Positions 38,520 to 48,879 of a stretch of DNA of 64,000 nucleotides are shown here, piece by piece; within the stretch, counting starts at the first letter, position 1, and the number at the start of each line of letters is the position of its first letter. Both the position numbers and the translations under genes were made by a program. The stretch is from Thermodesulfobacteriota bacterium (GTDB lineage: Bacteria > Desulfobacterota_D > UBA1144 > Nemesobacterales > JAJCZQ01). The DNA lies in the NCBI GenBank assembly GCA_965203965.1, contig CBDBDR010000017.1, positions 1,408,001 to 1,472,000 of the forward strand, written 5' to 3'. Under the pieces are notes generated by a model. It saw only the letters and a program-made list of their open reading frames with translations. It was not told the origin of the DNA and ran no database searches.

Positions 38520-41500
38520 CTATACATAAGACTGCGAAATAATAATTTTTGGCACGTCGTCTGCCAATTTTGGCTGGTCAGTTTCAGTGCGTGGGTCTTG
38601 GTCGTCTTCAGTTTTGAGGTCGGGCGTGTATTTACTGATGATTTTCATTAGGAATTTCAGTTGATCGGGGATTTTGATATTTTCCTTTGTGGCTTGTTTT
38701 TGTAGTTTATTTATATCTCGCGGCAAACCTTGAAATTTCCCTATCTTGATAGTATCAATGGCAGTTGCTAATACCTGCTTTTCCTCCTCGCTGACGTGCT
38801 CACAATTTAGCATTGCCTTGATATAGTTGATCGCTTGCCTCTGTTGTGAAGTCAGTATCTGGCTTTGTTGGGCGGTTATGATCTTCTCTTCCGATTGTTT
38901 CACAAAATGATCCAGTGCCTTGCGGACTTGCTCATGGTGTTTTTCGTGCAAGGGGAGCGCTTGGACGGTCGGATCACATTTAAAAACAGGAGCAGCTTCC
39001 AAAAAGCCAAGCTCCTTGAGGTTACCCTCTGGGTCAACTTCATAAAAGGCGTGATGCTTTTTATTGCGAAGGAAGCTAATAGTGTTGTTTTGCCTTTCTT
39101 GGTTCTTGACGGCGTTGCGGATCTTCAATGGCAGTTTTTTAATGCGGTGAAATTCATCAGGCGACTCTTCTCTGAACTTGCGGATCTCCATCAGGTATTG
39201 CAGTCGCTCATTGATGCTTTTATCTCCCTGAGGCTTCTCGTCAAATAGACCGAAGGTTTCCACTTGCTCATCTGTGGAGTAGATCTGGGAATCCTCCCCA
39301 AGGGCAGAATGGAACGCCTGGAGTTTGATCAATGCTCGGCGCCGTAGCTGAATGTCGCCTTCTACTTTCTCGGTGGGGAAGAAGTTGTAAATGTATATTT
39401 TTTTTGCCTTTGTGCCGATGCGGTTGATACGACCGATCCGTTGCATCAGCCTCGTGGAGTTCCAAGGGGTGTCGTAATTGAGGATCGTGTTGGAGCGGTG
39501 AAGGTTCACGCCTTCTGCCAGTACTTCGGTCGTTACGATGATATTGTATTTGGAACTTTGTTTTCCGATGGGGACGTTGGCGTCAAAGTTGTTCCTGATG
39601 TCATTTTGCAGTTCGTTCCTGTTTTTGGAATTTACCGCAATAACGTTTTGATGTTCTCTATCGGTGAGTTTTTTCGTCAGGTAGTCGGTGGTTTCCAGTG
39701 ATTCAGAGAAAACAACGAGCTTCTGCTCTGGGTTGCGGCTCTTGAGCAGGAGTTTAGAATCCAGAACGGAAAATAACTTTTCCAGTTTAGGATCCTCTTC
39801 TCTTTCTATGATCTCTTTCCACCGAGCTTCCATGTCGGTCAATATGTCATGGTCTCTTTTCAGCTCTTCTATAAATTCAGGTTCAAAATCATCTCTTGAC
39901 AGTATTTTAATGCTGGGGTCAGTATCTTGCTCTTGAAGCAGTATTTTCAGAAGCTCGTCTTCGTTCCCTTCCAACAAGTGTTTTTCAACCTTGTGGTTCG
40001 GGGCAATCATAATGCGATCCGCCTCTATCATTTTTAGCATGGTGTTTGAACCCTTGACAAAACGCTCCAGAGTACAGTGGAAGGCGTAAAAGCTACTGTC
40101 CAGCCTTTTAATGAGCAAAGTTTTCATTATTTTTGCCAGTTGTTCCGATATAAATTCGGGGCGATCGTAATCCTTTGCGTGTTCCGGCTTCATAAATTCT
40201 ATTGCTCGGTAGCGAATATATCGTAACCCTTGCTTGCCGCCCTGTATAAGTTTGACGGTTTCATCGTATAGTTCGTTAAGGGAGGATTCCAACGGGTATA
40301 AGAGCTTTTCCGGTAGGCTGATCTCTGGGAAAACAATATTCTGCTTCTCAAGGTCTTTGGAGTAGAGATCGTGTTGAAGCAGATCAGTGCGAGTGCGGCG
40401 GACGGTCAGGGGTTCAATTACCTTGTTGCGAACCTCAGCGTATAATTCTGCGATCTGAGAGGTTGGAGCCCCCTTTATCTTATTGATCTTTTTGTAGCGT
40501 TGGTTGACCCTGCTGAAAAACTCGCCGACATTGATCTCAAGCGTGCCGTCATTAGCGTCTTGGAACAACAATACCTGATTACGGATGTCATCGGGGCGGT
40601 TGTTAAGAGGGGTGGCAGATATTAGTATGACTTTTTTCTTTTTGCCACTATGGCTCGGGGTTTTACATATACGTTGCAGGTTCTCATAGTTATTTGTGTT
40701 GTCATTTCTGAACCTGTGTGCCTCGTCAACGATGATCAAGTCGTGTTCTTCGGGATGTTCCACTTTGTGTAGGCTACCGTTGGTTATGAGATCTGCCTGT
40801 CTGCGCATTCCGAATTTCCGCAAGGTATCTTTCCATTGATCTTTCATTGCGGGTGGTGTGATGATGAGCGTTTGTGGAGTGTGTTCACGGGAGTTGTTAA
40901 AATAAAAATGCTGTCTGGCTATCATAATAGCCACAATGGTTTTGCCCAGTCCCACCACGTCCGCAAGGAAAAAACCGTTATGCTTTTCCAGTATTTCAAA
41001 TCCCTGTTGCACAGCATCCAATTGGTAGGTCAGCCGTTTAAAGCTCTGGGGTAGGTCTTTGACGTTGTTGGGGTTAAATTCTATCTCTTTGCCAAAGTAT
41101 TCGATCAGCAGTTTTATATAGAGATCAAATGGGGTGAATTCGCCTTTGAGGAAGGTTTTATCTTTTGCGTCCTCCACCTCCGTGGGGAGAATATCAACGG
41201 CTTCCTGCCAGAGCTTTTCAAACTCGTCGGTGGCAAATTTGACGTCGTCGTAATCTCTGAGGGAGACGTTGAACTCATAGTTTGAGGTGTTGCCCGTTGC
41301 GCCCAGACCTGCCTTGGTCAGGTTGGATGAACCAGTGATGACTTCACAACTGCTGTGCGGGTTGAAGTCTTCTGGACGGAATATGTAAATCTTGGCGTGT
41401 AGTTTGCGCGTGGGATGGGCTTTGATCTGGATCTTTCCCTTGTTAATGTCTTGGATGAATTGGAAGACGCTGTTTTCAATTTGTTCGTCGTAGTCGGCGT

Positions 41501-41801
41501 TGTTTATTTCCTCCTCTAACGATCTTAGGTAGTCCTGCTTGGTTTTTTTCACGTCGCCGACGGATTGAAGTAGTAATCCCTTTTTTTTATAATCAGCAGT
41601 AACGGCGTCAACGTTGATGCCGACCAGAATGCGGATCTTCGGCACATTTTTGAGAAAGGGATGGATCTTGAAATAGCCGGTGGAACGAAAATAGCCGATC
41701 AGGGCGTCAAATCTTGCGATATGGGGGTTGTGCTTGAAAACGCCGTCGAGTTTATCCAACAGCGTATTGCTGTCTTCGTTTGTGAAAAATTTTGTTGCCA
41801 T
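38520..41801 (-). CDS. PLD-nuclease/SNF2-like helicase fusion
   Basis: LHAKIYIF...GSSNLT; LADVVGLGKT, DEAH, SATP, EGVNL, QRIGRINRIG. Confidence 0.88.
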   Translation of the reverse strand: MATKFFTNEDSNTLLDKLDGVFKHNPHIARFDALIGYFRSTGYFKIHPFLKNVPKIRILVGINVDAVTADYKKKGLLLQSVGDVKKTKQDYLRSLEEEINNADYDEQIENSVFQFIQDINKGKIQIKAHPTRKLHAKIYIFRPEDFNPHSSCEVITGSSNLTKAGLGATGNTSNYEFNVSLRDYDDVKFATDEFEKLWQEAVDILPTEVEDAKDKTFLKGEFTPFDLYIKLLIEYFGKEIEFNPNNVKDLPQSFKRLTYQLDAVQQGFEILEKHNGFFLADVVGLGKTIVAIMIARQHFYFNNSREHTPQTLIITPPAMKDQWKDTLRKFGMRRQADLITNGSLHKVEHPEEHDLIIVDEAHRFRNDNTNNYENLQRICKTPSHSGKKKKVILISATPLNNRPDDIRNQVLLFQDANDGTLEINVGEFFSRVNQRYKKINKIKGAPTSQIAELYAEVRNKVIEPLTVRRTRTDLLQHDLYSKDLEKQNIVFPEISLPEKLLYPLESSLNELYDETVKLIQGGKQGLRYIRYRAIEFMKPEHAKDYDRPEFISEQLAKIMKTLLIKRLDSSFYAFHCTLERFVKGSNTMLKMIEADRIMIAPNHKVEKHLLEGNEDELLKILLQEQDTDPSIKILSRDDFEPEFIEELKRDHDILTDMEARWKEIIEREEDPKLEKLFSVLDSKLLLKSRNPEQKLVVFSESLETTDYLTKKLTDREHQNVIAVNSKNRNELQNDIRNNFDANVPIGKQSSKYNIIVTTEVLAEGVNLHRSNTILNYDTPWNSTRLMQRIGRINRIGTKAKKIYIYNFFPTEKVEGDIQLRRRALIKLQAFHSALGEDSQIYSTDEQVETFGLFDEKPQGDKSINERLQYLMEIRKFREESPDEFHRIKKLPLKIRNAVKNQERQNNTISFLRNKKHHAFYEVDPEGNLKELGFLEAAPVFKCDPTVQALPLHEKHHEQVRKALDHFVKQSEEKIITAQQSQILTSQQRQAINYIKAMLNCEHVSEEEKQVLATAIDTIKIGKFQGLPRDINKLQKQATKENIKIPDQLKFLMKIISKYTPDLKTEDDQDPRTETDQPKLADDVPKIIISQSYV

Positions 41802-41854
41802 TGATAACGGGTTTGGATCACGAGCAGATCAAACGGGAACCGTGAGGCAGTTCG

Positions 41855-42229
41855 TTAATCCTCTTGGGGTTTTGAATCTTCGGGTTTTGAGATAGCTTTG
41901 AGCTTTCCAAGTTCATTCTGAGCATTGAGATGCAGTATTTTCAGTTCTTCTTCAAAGTCTTGTATCTCCTGCTCTATTTTTATTATCATAACGCACTTGT
42001 CTTTTAAGCTCTCCACGTCAAATGAGTCTTTCAGTTTATACATCTTGTAAACTGCTTCGCCCAACTCTGAAGTGTATCTCTTTAGTTTTTTCTTGTTTCC
42101 TTGGATCCTGTTCTTTATCAAAACCGTATTGTAAACCTCTTTTGTCCTTATGTTTACAGTCCTGATCCCCTTGCTCACGTTGGTTTTTATAGTTGAAAGT
42201 ATGTCGTCATTTTTTACGTTGTCAGACAT
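41855..42229 (-). CDS. Hypothetical coiled-coil protein
   Basis: ORF with GGAG RBS before ATG at 42229. Confidence 0.6.
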   Translation of the reverse strand: MSDNVKNDDILSTIKTNVSKGIRTVNIRTKEVYNTVLIKNRIQGNKKKLKRYTSELGEAVYKMYKLKDSFDVESLKDKCVMIIKIEQEIQDFEEELKILHLNAQNELGKLKAISKPEDSKPQED

Positions 42230-42362
42230 TTTTATCTCCCAGGCATTTGATGACCGATAATAATTACCCAAATAAGGTTAAAATCAAATAAATACCACAC
42301 CGAATTAGCTTTACTTGGCATAATATCAGGTATTATTCCTCAACTCCAGTGGTTTTTAGCCC

Positions 42363-43601
42363 ATGTCCTTCGTCCATATAGCAAACATGTTTAGAAATAC
42401 CTACTATGGCTGGTTTATCGTTGCAGCTGGATTTATGATAATTTCCTTGGACGGCATACTTCTGTATTCATTCGGCATACACATGCCTTATATGAAAGAG
42501 TTGTTCGATATAGATCATCTGGAAAGCTCATCTCTTTTTTCCGTAAGGAACGTTGTTTTTGCGTTCTCAATGATCGTTGCAGGAAGACTGATAGACAAGT
42601 TCAACCCCAAGGTGGTGATCTTCATCGGGGGATTTACTGCCGTTGCTGGTATGTTCCTTACGGCTTATGCAACAAGCGACTGGCAGCTTATCTTTGCATA
42701 CGCCGTTCTGCCCGGCATAGGGAACGGGTTCTTCTACATTCCGAGCATTGCTATTATAAGTAAATGGTTTAATGAAAGAAGGGCATTTGCCATAGGTATT
42801 GCAACTTTAGGCGTTCCGGTAAGCGGCATGATCATACCCCCCCTGACAGCCTGGCTCATCTCCACTATGGGTTTAGAGAGATCACTCATGGCATTATCAA
42901 CCATACTGGCTTTTATTCTTTTAAATGCCTTTCTAATGCGAAAATCGCCTACGGATGGGACCGTGCTGGGTGCAAAAAAGCCTCTGCCGGGTACCTTAGC
43001 AATACAAAATGCGGATTGGGGAGTAAGGAAAGCGGTCAGCACTTCATCTTTTTGGATACTTTATACGATCTTCTTTTTGGGAATGAACACTTTTCTTATA
43101 ATACTGGTCAATCTCTTTGATTATGCAAAAGAGTCTGGAAACACCGCGATCGTTGCCTCGTGGGCACCTGCAGCGATGGCTTTTGGGAGCATCTTTGGAA
43201 GGTTGTTTTTCTCCGGAGTATTGACAAAATACTTTGACAACAAAAGATTGCTGTTCATAAGCTATTTTCTGGAAGCCCTTTCGGTGTTGATCATTATTTA
43301 TAGCCAAACGATATGGGCTTTCTATCTCTTTGGTTTCATGTTCGGTTTCTTTTACAGCGGACACATGCCCATATTTCCCACGATCCTGGGGGACTATTTT
43401 GGAACGAGATTTATCGGCTCTATTTTTGGAGTGTCTGCAACTGCGTTTTCAGCCGCATCTATAACCGGACCTCTTCTCGCGGGTTACCTTTACGAGGTCA
43501 ATGGTTCACACTATCAATCAATGGTTGTGGCGGCAGTGATATGCTTTGTTGCAGCATTTTCCACTTTTTTTATAACTAAGCCCCAAAATTCCCACCGTTA
43601 A
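42363..43601 (+). CDS. MFS transporter (MCT/OFA-like)
   Basis: YYGWFIV, GRLIDKFNPK, KWFNERRAFAIG, about 12 TM. Confidence 0.88.
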   Translation: MSFVHIANMFRNTYYGWFIVAAGFMIISLDGILLYSFGIHMPYMKELFDIDHLESSSLFSVRNVVFAFSMIVAGRLIDKFNPKVVIFIGGFTAVAGMFLTAYATSDWQLIFAYAVLPGIGNGFFYIPSIAIISKWFNERRAFAIGIATLGVPVSGMIIPPLTAWLISTMGLERSLMALSTILAFILLNAFLMRKSPTDGTVLGAKKPLPGTLAIQNADWGVRKAVSTSSFWILYTIFFLGMNTFLIILVNLFDYAKESGNTAIVASWAPAAMAFGSIFGRLFFSGVLTKYFDNKRLLFISYFLEALSVLIIIYSQTIWAFYLFGFMFGFFYSGHMPIFPTILGDYFGTRFIGSIFGVSATAFSAASITGPLLAGYLYEVNGSHYQSMVVAAVICFVAAFSTFFITKPQNSHR

Positions 43602-43631
43602 TATCTGGTTGGTGCAGAAATATACGGATGA

Positions 43632-45635
43632 TCAATCCCGCCAACTTGCCAATTTGAACTTGAAGTTTTTATCAGGGCTATAGAATGGAACTGGATCTAT
43701 TTTGAGGTTGTAATTTTTTGGAGTAAGTTCAAGATTGGTATATCGTATTATAGTTGAGATCACCAGAGCCATTTGTATCTCGGCGAATCCACTGCCCAGA
43801 CACCTGTGTGAACCCAATCCGAACGGTGCATATACACCGGGTTTCTTATGCTCTGCTCTCTCATTGGTGAAGCGATCAATGTCAAATTTGTCTGGTTCGG
43901 GGAAAAACTCTGACATGTGATGAGTGCAGGTTGTTCCAACTAATACAATGTCACCGACTGGTATGTGATATCCCTCAAAATCAAATGAGTTGATCACCTT
44001 TCTTCTTACTGTATGTACTGGTGGATACATACGCATAGCTTCTTTTGCAACTCGGTGCATAATGTCCATTTTTTGGAGTCCTTCTTCAGTTGGCATGCCG
44101 TTAGCGAACAGGGCGTCAACTTCTTCTCTCAGGCGGTCTTGTGTCTCAGGGTTTTTCAGCAACAAATAAAGTATAAAAGCACCCGAAGCAGAGACAGTAT
44201 CAAGACCCGCACCGAACGGCATTAGCAAGTTTGCCCTAAAGTCCATTTCAGGCATAAACGTGGGGTCGTCATTATGCAAATTGAACATGTCTTCAATCAG
44301 ATTAGTTTTTCCTTTTCCTAAACTGTGGCTCTTGGGTGCTACCCCTGATCTTTCTTTGTATTCTTTGATTATTTTGTTGAGGAACTCATCAACGCGATTC
44401 TTGGCCCGGCGAAACTTCTTAGACCTCATATATATGTTGGGTTTGTGACGGCTAACGTGAATGCTCAACATAAGGTTGGTGTATTTTATAATGTCATCAG
44501 TGTATTCTCCCGGTGGGTAGCCAACGGCGAGTGTTCCCAGCAGGTCGGTTGATATTTGTTGGAAAGAGAGAAACCCCGTTACGGATTTCTTTCCTTCCCA
44601 TTTGTCTATGTGGCGGTGAATTATTTCTACCGCTTTAGGAATGTTGTCGAGGAGAAGCGAGCGGGAAAGACCATTTACCTGTGCTCGGCGCAGACGGGTG
44701 TGTTCATGACCATCCATGCTAAATATAAAGCGAGATGACCCTGTTTGTTTGATGAAATCACTCCAAACATTATTGGGTGACAAATAAAAATGTCCATGAC
44801 GTAAAAAGAAAAGATTGGCTTCTTTTCCCACAATAATAGTGATGTAGCCTATTTTGGGCATAGGCGCGCGGAAAACGGGCCCTAATTTTTTGTAATTCTC
44901 TATTACAAATTCCGGAGGACTCCATGCCAGGTCTATAAAACTTCCAATCCAGGGAAGACGCCCTTTCATCATGGGTATTTCTTTAGGCTCAGGAGGCTTA
45001 GGTGGGGGGGACATTATCTGGATGATCTGCTTAACTGATTGAGCTATCGGATTCGTCTGACTTATTTGGGTTATTCGCTCACTTGCCTCCACCATATCTT
45101 CCTCAGATAGAATATATTTGAGGATGTTACATGCATCAGCAAGGGAAATGATCGCTGCATCTCTGGAGTTTGTAGTTTCATTCTCAAGCAATTCCCGGAC
45201 AATGCGCAACTTTACGTCTATTTCTAATTTGCCGTCCTGTGATAAATACCTACGAGAGCGGGAGACGGAATGAGTTCTATACAAAAAACCACCTCCGTCT
45301 GATTGATTAAGAATTCCCTTATCTATCAACCGAGCAGCTGTTTTTCTGCGTATATCACTTCCGTGTTCAGCAATGTGCCTTACCCAAAAAGTGTGGCTCT
45401 GTGGTTCATTCAACCGTACAATGTCCGACAGTGTAGGATCAAGCAGGTCGTCTCCAGTTGGGATGGATTCCTTCAAAGTAATAAAATTCCCATCTACTTT
45501 GATCATGTCTTCCAATTGCAGGTCCATTAGCACTGCGCCTGCAAGTCCGGAATTTACAGCCTGTGGGGAAATTTCATGGAACATGCCGACGTCTTCATCA
45601 AGAAGACATAGCATAAATTCTTCTGTTACTCTCAT
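43632..45635 (-). CDS. GPP34 (GOLPH3-like) domain fused to cytochrome P450
   Basis: N-terminus EEFMLCLLDE...LAGAVLMDL...PTGDDLLD; P450 motifs AGLDT, EAMR, FGLGSHRCLG. Confidence 0.82.
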   Translation of the reverse strand: MRVTEEFMLCLLDEDVGMFHEISPQAVNSGLAGAVLMDLQLEDMIKVDGNFITLKESIPTGDDLLDPTLSDIVRLNEPQSHTFWVRHIAEHGSDIRRKTAARLIDKGILNQSDGGGFLYRTHSVSRSRRYLSQDGKLEIDVKLRIVRELLENETTNSRDAAIISLADACNILKYILSEEDMVEASERITQISQTNPIAQSVKQIIQIMSPPPKPPEPKEIPMMKGRLPWIGSFIDLAWSPPEFVIENYKKLGPVFRAPMPKIGYITIIVGKEANLFFLRHGHFYLSPNNVWSDFIKQTGSSRFIFSMDGHEHTRLRRAQVNGLSRSLLLDNIPKAVEIIHRHIDKWEGKKSVTGFLSFQQISTDLLGTLAVGYPPGEYTDDIIKYTNLMLSIHVSRHKPNIYMRSKKFRRAKNRVDEFLNKIIKEYKERSGVAPKSHSLGKGKTNLIEDMFNLHNDDPTFMPEMDFRANLLMPFGAGLDTVSASGAFILYLLLKNPETQDRLREEVDALFANGMPTEEGLQKMDIMHRVAKEAMRMYPPVHTVRRKVINSFDFEGYHIPVGDIVLVGTTCTHHMSEFFPEPDKFDIDRFTNERAEHKKPGVYAPFGLGSHRCLGSGFAEIQMALVISTIIRYTNLELTPKNYNLKIDPVPFYSPDKNFKFKLASWRD

Positions 45636-45659
45636 GTTTTTTCTCTCTAATTAATTAGT

Positions 45660-46769
45660 TTATTTTATTATTTTATAATTCCAATTGTCCAATGTAAAGC
45701 GAAATTCTTTGCTAACACGGTCTATTTCAGATTGTTCAAGCCTGAGTGCGTTTTTCTTATAGTTTGTTATCGTTTTGAGATAATTGCTTACGTTGTGTTC
45801 AGCTTGATCCCAGTTTGGTAGGGATAGATCTGAATAAACACGTTCCAATTCCTCAAGTGGTCGTTCTTCAATATCCTCGTAACGCACTTCAGTAAAATTT
45901 TCACTTGGGATCAGGTCTTTTTCTTCAAGATATTGACCCATGAGCTTTTTGTATAATTGCACTATGTTGTTTTCAATTTCATCCTGTTCTATGGTTTGCA
46001 GTTGATAGATAGGGAGGATTGTTTTGTAGAAGTGTACCATTGACCGGTAAACGTGATAAGGATTGCGGACTATGTTTATGAATTTTGCTTCTGGAAAAAG
46101 TCTCAGCAAGTGTGATATGCGACCCGTGTTGGTTGGACTTTTCAACACCAGTTGTTTGCCATTGTTGTCTAAGGCGGCTTTTTTCAATATCTCCACTAAT
46201 ACTTGATCCCAACGTGCCTGTTCCCGCTCGGTCAAACCTCTCATCAAGGCATATTTGTCAATATACTCCGTAGTTTTTTTTGGAAAAGACAAGTGGTGCA
46301 GTAGGGACACGTGGCAGGAGTTGGCAATTGCTATTTCTTCTTCCTGTGGCATATCGGTAGACAGTTTGACATTGTCCATTGGTCTTGTGGGTGATGTGTA
46401 TTTTTCTATTATTTTTTTCAGTCTGCGGCGTCCGACCAGAAACATTGTTGGCATGACCGCCTGAAAATGGGTGATTGTGCCAAACTGTGGGTCACGAGTT
46501 ATCAAGTTGTGCAAGTGGGTAGTTCCGCTGCGGGCAAATCCAATAATGAATATCGGAGGCGTGTCTATTTTTGTACGTGCTACAACTCCTCCGTATTTTA
46601 TTTTTTCCATAATCCGCCATGGAGAAAAAATTGAAGATATGAGCAGTGTGCTGGCAATTCTCCTCCAGTAGGTAGGTTCTACACCACCATTTTCCCATAA
46701 CAACTTTATCCAAGTTCCGGGAGGTGCCATGGTCAAAGCATGATAAGTTGTTTTGTTTTTATCACTCAT
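45660..46769 (-). CDS. PAPS-dependent sulfotransferase (Stf3-like)
   Basis: PIFIIGFARSGTTHL, RPMDN, PQEEE, LKSP, IVRNPY, VRYED. Confidence 0.85.
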   Translation of the reverse strand: MSDKNKTTYHALTMAPPGTWIKLLWENGGVEPTYWRRIASTLLISSIFSPWRIMEKIKYGGVVARTKIDTPPIFIIGFARSGTTHLHNLITRDPQFGTITHFQAVMPTMFLVGRRRLKKIIEKYTSPTRPMDNVKLSTDMPQEEEIAIANSCHVSLLHHLSFPKKTTEYIDKYALMRGLTEREQARWDQVLVEILKKAALDNNGKQLVLKSPTNTGRISHLLRLFPEAKFINIVRNPYHVYRSMVHFYKTILPIYQLQTIEQDEIENNIVQLYKKLMGQYLEEKDLIPSENFTEVRYEDIEERPLEELERVYSDLSLPNWDQAEHNVSNYLKTITNYKKNALRLEQSEIDRVSKEFRFTLDNWNYKIIK

Positions 46770-46907
46770 TATGGCTTCCTATAGGCTAATTATTATTGCA
46801 TAACAAAACAAGACAAATATCAACCCACTTTATACTTTATAATGCTGACTTTATTAAAATAGCATAGAGTGTATTCTATCATCATAACCACGTAAGGAAA
46901 AATTGAT

Positions 46908-47129
46908 ATGTTTGGTGTAGGAACAAGTGAGTTGATAGTTATAATTTTGATCGCTCTTCTGATCCTGGGTCCTGCGGAAATCCCAAAAGTGGCACGCACT
47001 TTTGGTAGGGCAATGAGAGAGGTCAAACGTGTCAAGGATGAGCTAAGCCAAAACATAGAGTTTGAAAATAATGACCCCGGAGTAGAAGCTAAAGCGAAGG
47101 AAATCAAAAAGAATGATACTGCTGATTAA
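46908..47129 (+). CDS. TatA/TatB family subunit
   Basis: MFGVGTSELIVIILIALLILGPAEIP. Confidence 0.85.
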   Translation: MFGVGTSELIVIILIALLILGPAEIPKVARTFGRAMREVKRVKDELSQNIEFENNDPGVEAKAKEIKKNDTAD

Positions 47130-47272
47130 TTGGATTTCGGAGTGATAGTTAAAGGGAAACCGAGCTTCTTGTTAAATGCACGTTGTGGCATTAAATACGT
47201 CTTTTCCAATCTCTTGTCTTTGCCATTCAATTAAGTAAAATCATCGCAAGTTCCAACCTGGAGTTTTCTCCT

Positions 47273-48865
47273 TTGCCAAAAGTTACAATAGACGATATAG
47301 AAGTAGAAGTAGAAGACGGTATAAACGTCATTCAGGCTGCATCAATAGTAGGTATAGACGTCCCGCATTTTTGCTACCATCCATCCCTGAGCGTAGTGGC
47401 ACAGTGCAGACAATGTCTCGTTGAAGTGGAAGGCGTGCCAAAAGTTTTGCCAGCTTGTAATGTTCCCGTAAGAGAAGGGCTTGTTGTCAGGACGAATTCT
47501 GATAAAGTGCTAAAATCAAGAGAGGCGACCGTAGAATTTACTTTGATAAATCATCCCCTTGATTGTCCGATCTGCGACAAGGGAGGAGAGTGTCCGTTGC
47601 AACTGACCACTTTTGAGCATGGACCGGGATACAGTCGTGTCAGCGGTCCGGAAGAAAAGAAAGTGCGCCAGAAACATTACCTGAGCGACAGGATACTTTA
47701 CGACCCCAACAGATGTATAATGTGCACAAGGTGCATAAGGTTTACCGATGAGATAACACAGACTTCAGAACTTGGAACTACCGGTAGGGGATTCAGGAAA
47801 AAAATAGCAGTGTTCCCGGGTAAAGAGCTTGATAATAAGCTCGCCAGCAATGTTATAGATATTTGTCCCGTGGGTGCACTTTTGGATAAAGAAACGCTGC
47901 ACGAGGAAAGAGTTTGGTATTACAAATTCACCGATAGCGTATGCTCTCTTTGCAGTAACGGGTGCAATATCACGGTAGGTGTTGATCCAAGAAAAGGTAA
48001 AATCTCAAGGATCAGACCCAGACCAAATCCAGAGGTCAACGATTTCTGGATTTGTGATAAGGGAAGATACGGCTTCAGCGAGATACAGAAAGAAAAGAGA
48101 TTAAAAGATCCGATAATTAGCAATGGTAAGGGTTACGAAATAAGTGGATGGGAAACTGCAATCGGTCTGATCTGCAAGAACATATCTGCAAACGGGGAAT
48201 TTTCACGTAAAAACACGGCATTTGTGGCATCTCCGAAATTAACCAACGAAGAGCTTTACCTTATAAAAAAAATATATGAGAAGACAGAAGCAGATCATAT
48301 TGTATCCAACACCGGGTCTGCATTAGAGACCAAAGAATATGGGATTATAAGTTCAGACCCTTATCCCAACTCTCATGGTGTTAGGCAGATCGGTCTATCC
48401 GTAGATATTGACGCAGTAATACGGCTGGTAATTGATAAGAAAATAGACGTGCTATTTGTGGTTGGTGAGGATATGTTTGACCACGTCGCGGAGACAGACG
48501 AATCAAAATTGAAGGAAGCATTAATTGATATGGACTTTATTGCCGTGATGGATTATAAACTGTCCGCTACGGCTCATTTTGCAAACGTCATTCTTCCCGG
48601 TGCCACTGCATACGAAAAGGACGGAACGTTTGTAAATGACAGTGGGCGTGTGCAAAAGATCAAAGAAGCAATACCTCCACCCGGAAATGCCAAGGCGGAC
48701 TGGGAAGTTCTAAGTCTGATAGGTAAGCAGCTTGATGAAAAAGCTTTTGATTACTGTCATCCAAGGGAAATAATGTCGGAAATTGCCTCCGAAAATGACA
48801 ACTATCAGGGCATTGGCTATGATCGTATCGGTGTTCTTGGAGTATCTGTGAAATCTGAAAATTAA
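47273..48865 (+). CDS. nuoG: NADH-quinone oxidoreductase subunit G (short form)
   Basis: PHFCYH, CRQCLVE, NHPLDCPICDKGGEC, RCIMCTRCIRF, CPVGAL. Confidence 0.9.
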   Translation: MPKVTIDDIEVEVEDGINVIQAASIVGIDVPHFCYHPSLSVVAQCRQCLVEVEGVPKVLPACNVPVREGLVVRTNSDKVLKSREATVEFTLINHPLDCPICDKGGECPLQLTTFEHGPGYSRVSGPEEKKVRQKHYLSDRILYDPNRCIMCTRCIRFTDEITQTSELGTTGRGFRKKIAVFPGKELDNKLASNVIDICPVGALLDKETLHEERVWYYKFTDSVCSLCSNGCNITVGVDPRKGKISRIRPRPNPEVNDFWICDKGRYGFSEIQKEKRLKDPIISNGKGYEISGWETAIGLICKNISANGEFSRKNTAFVASPKLTNEELYLIKKIYEKTEADHIVSNTGSALETKEYGIISSDPYPNSHGVRQIGLSVDIDAVIRLVIDKKIDVLFVVGEDMFDHVAETDESKLKEALIDMDFIAVMDYKLSATAHFANVILPGATAYEKDGTFVNDSGRVQKIKEAIPPPGNAKADWEVLSLIGKQLDEKAFDYCHPREIMSEIASENDNYQGIGYDRIGVLGVSVKSEN

Positions 48866-48879
48866 TTCAGCAAACCGTA

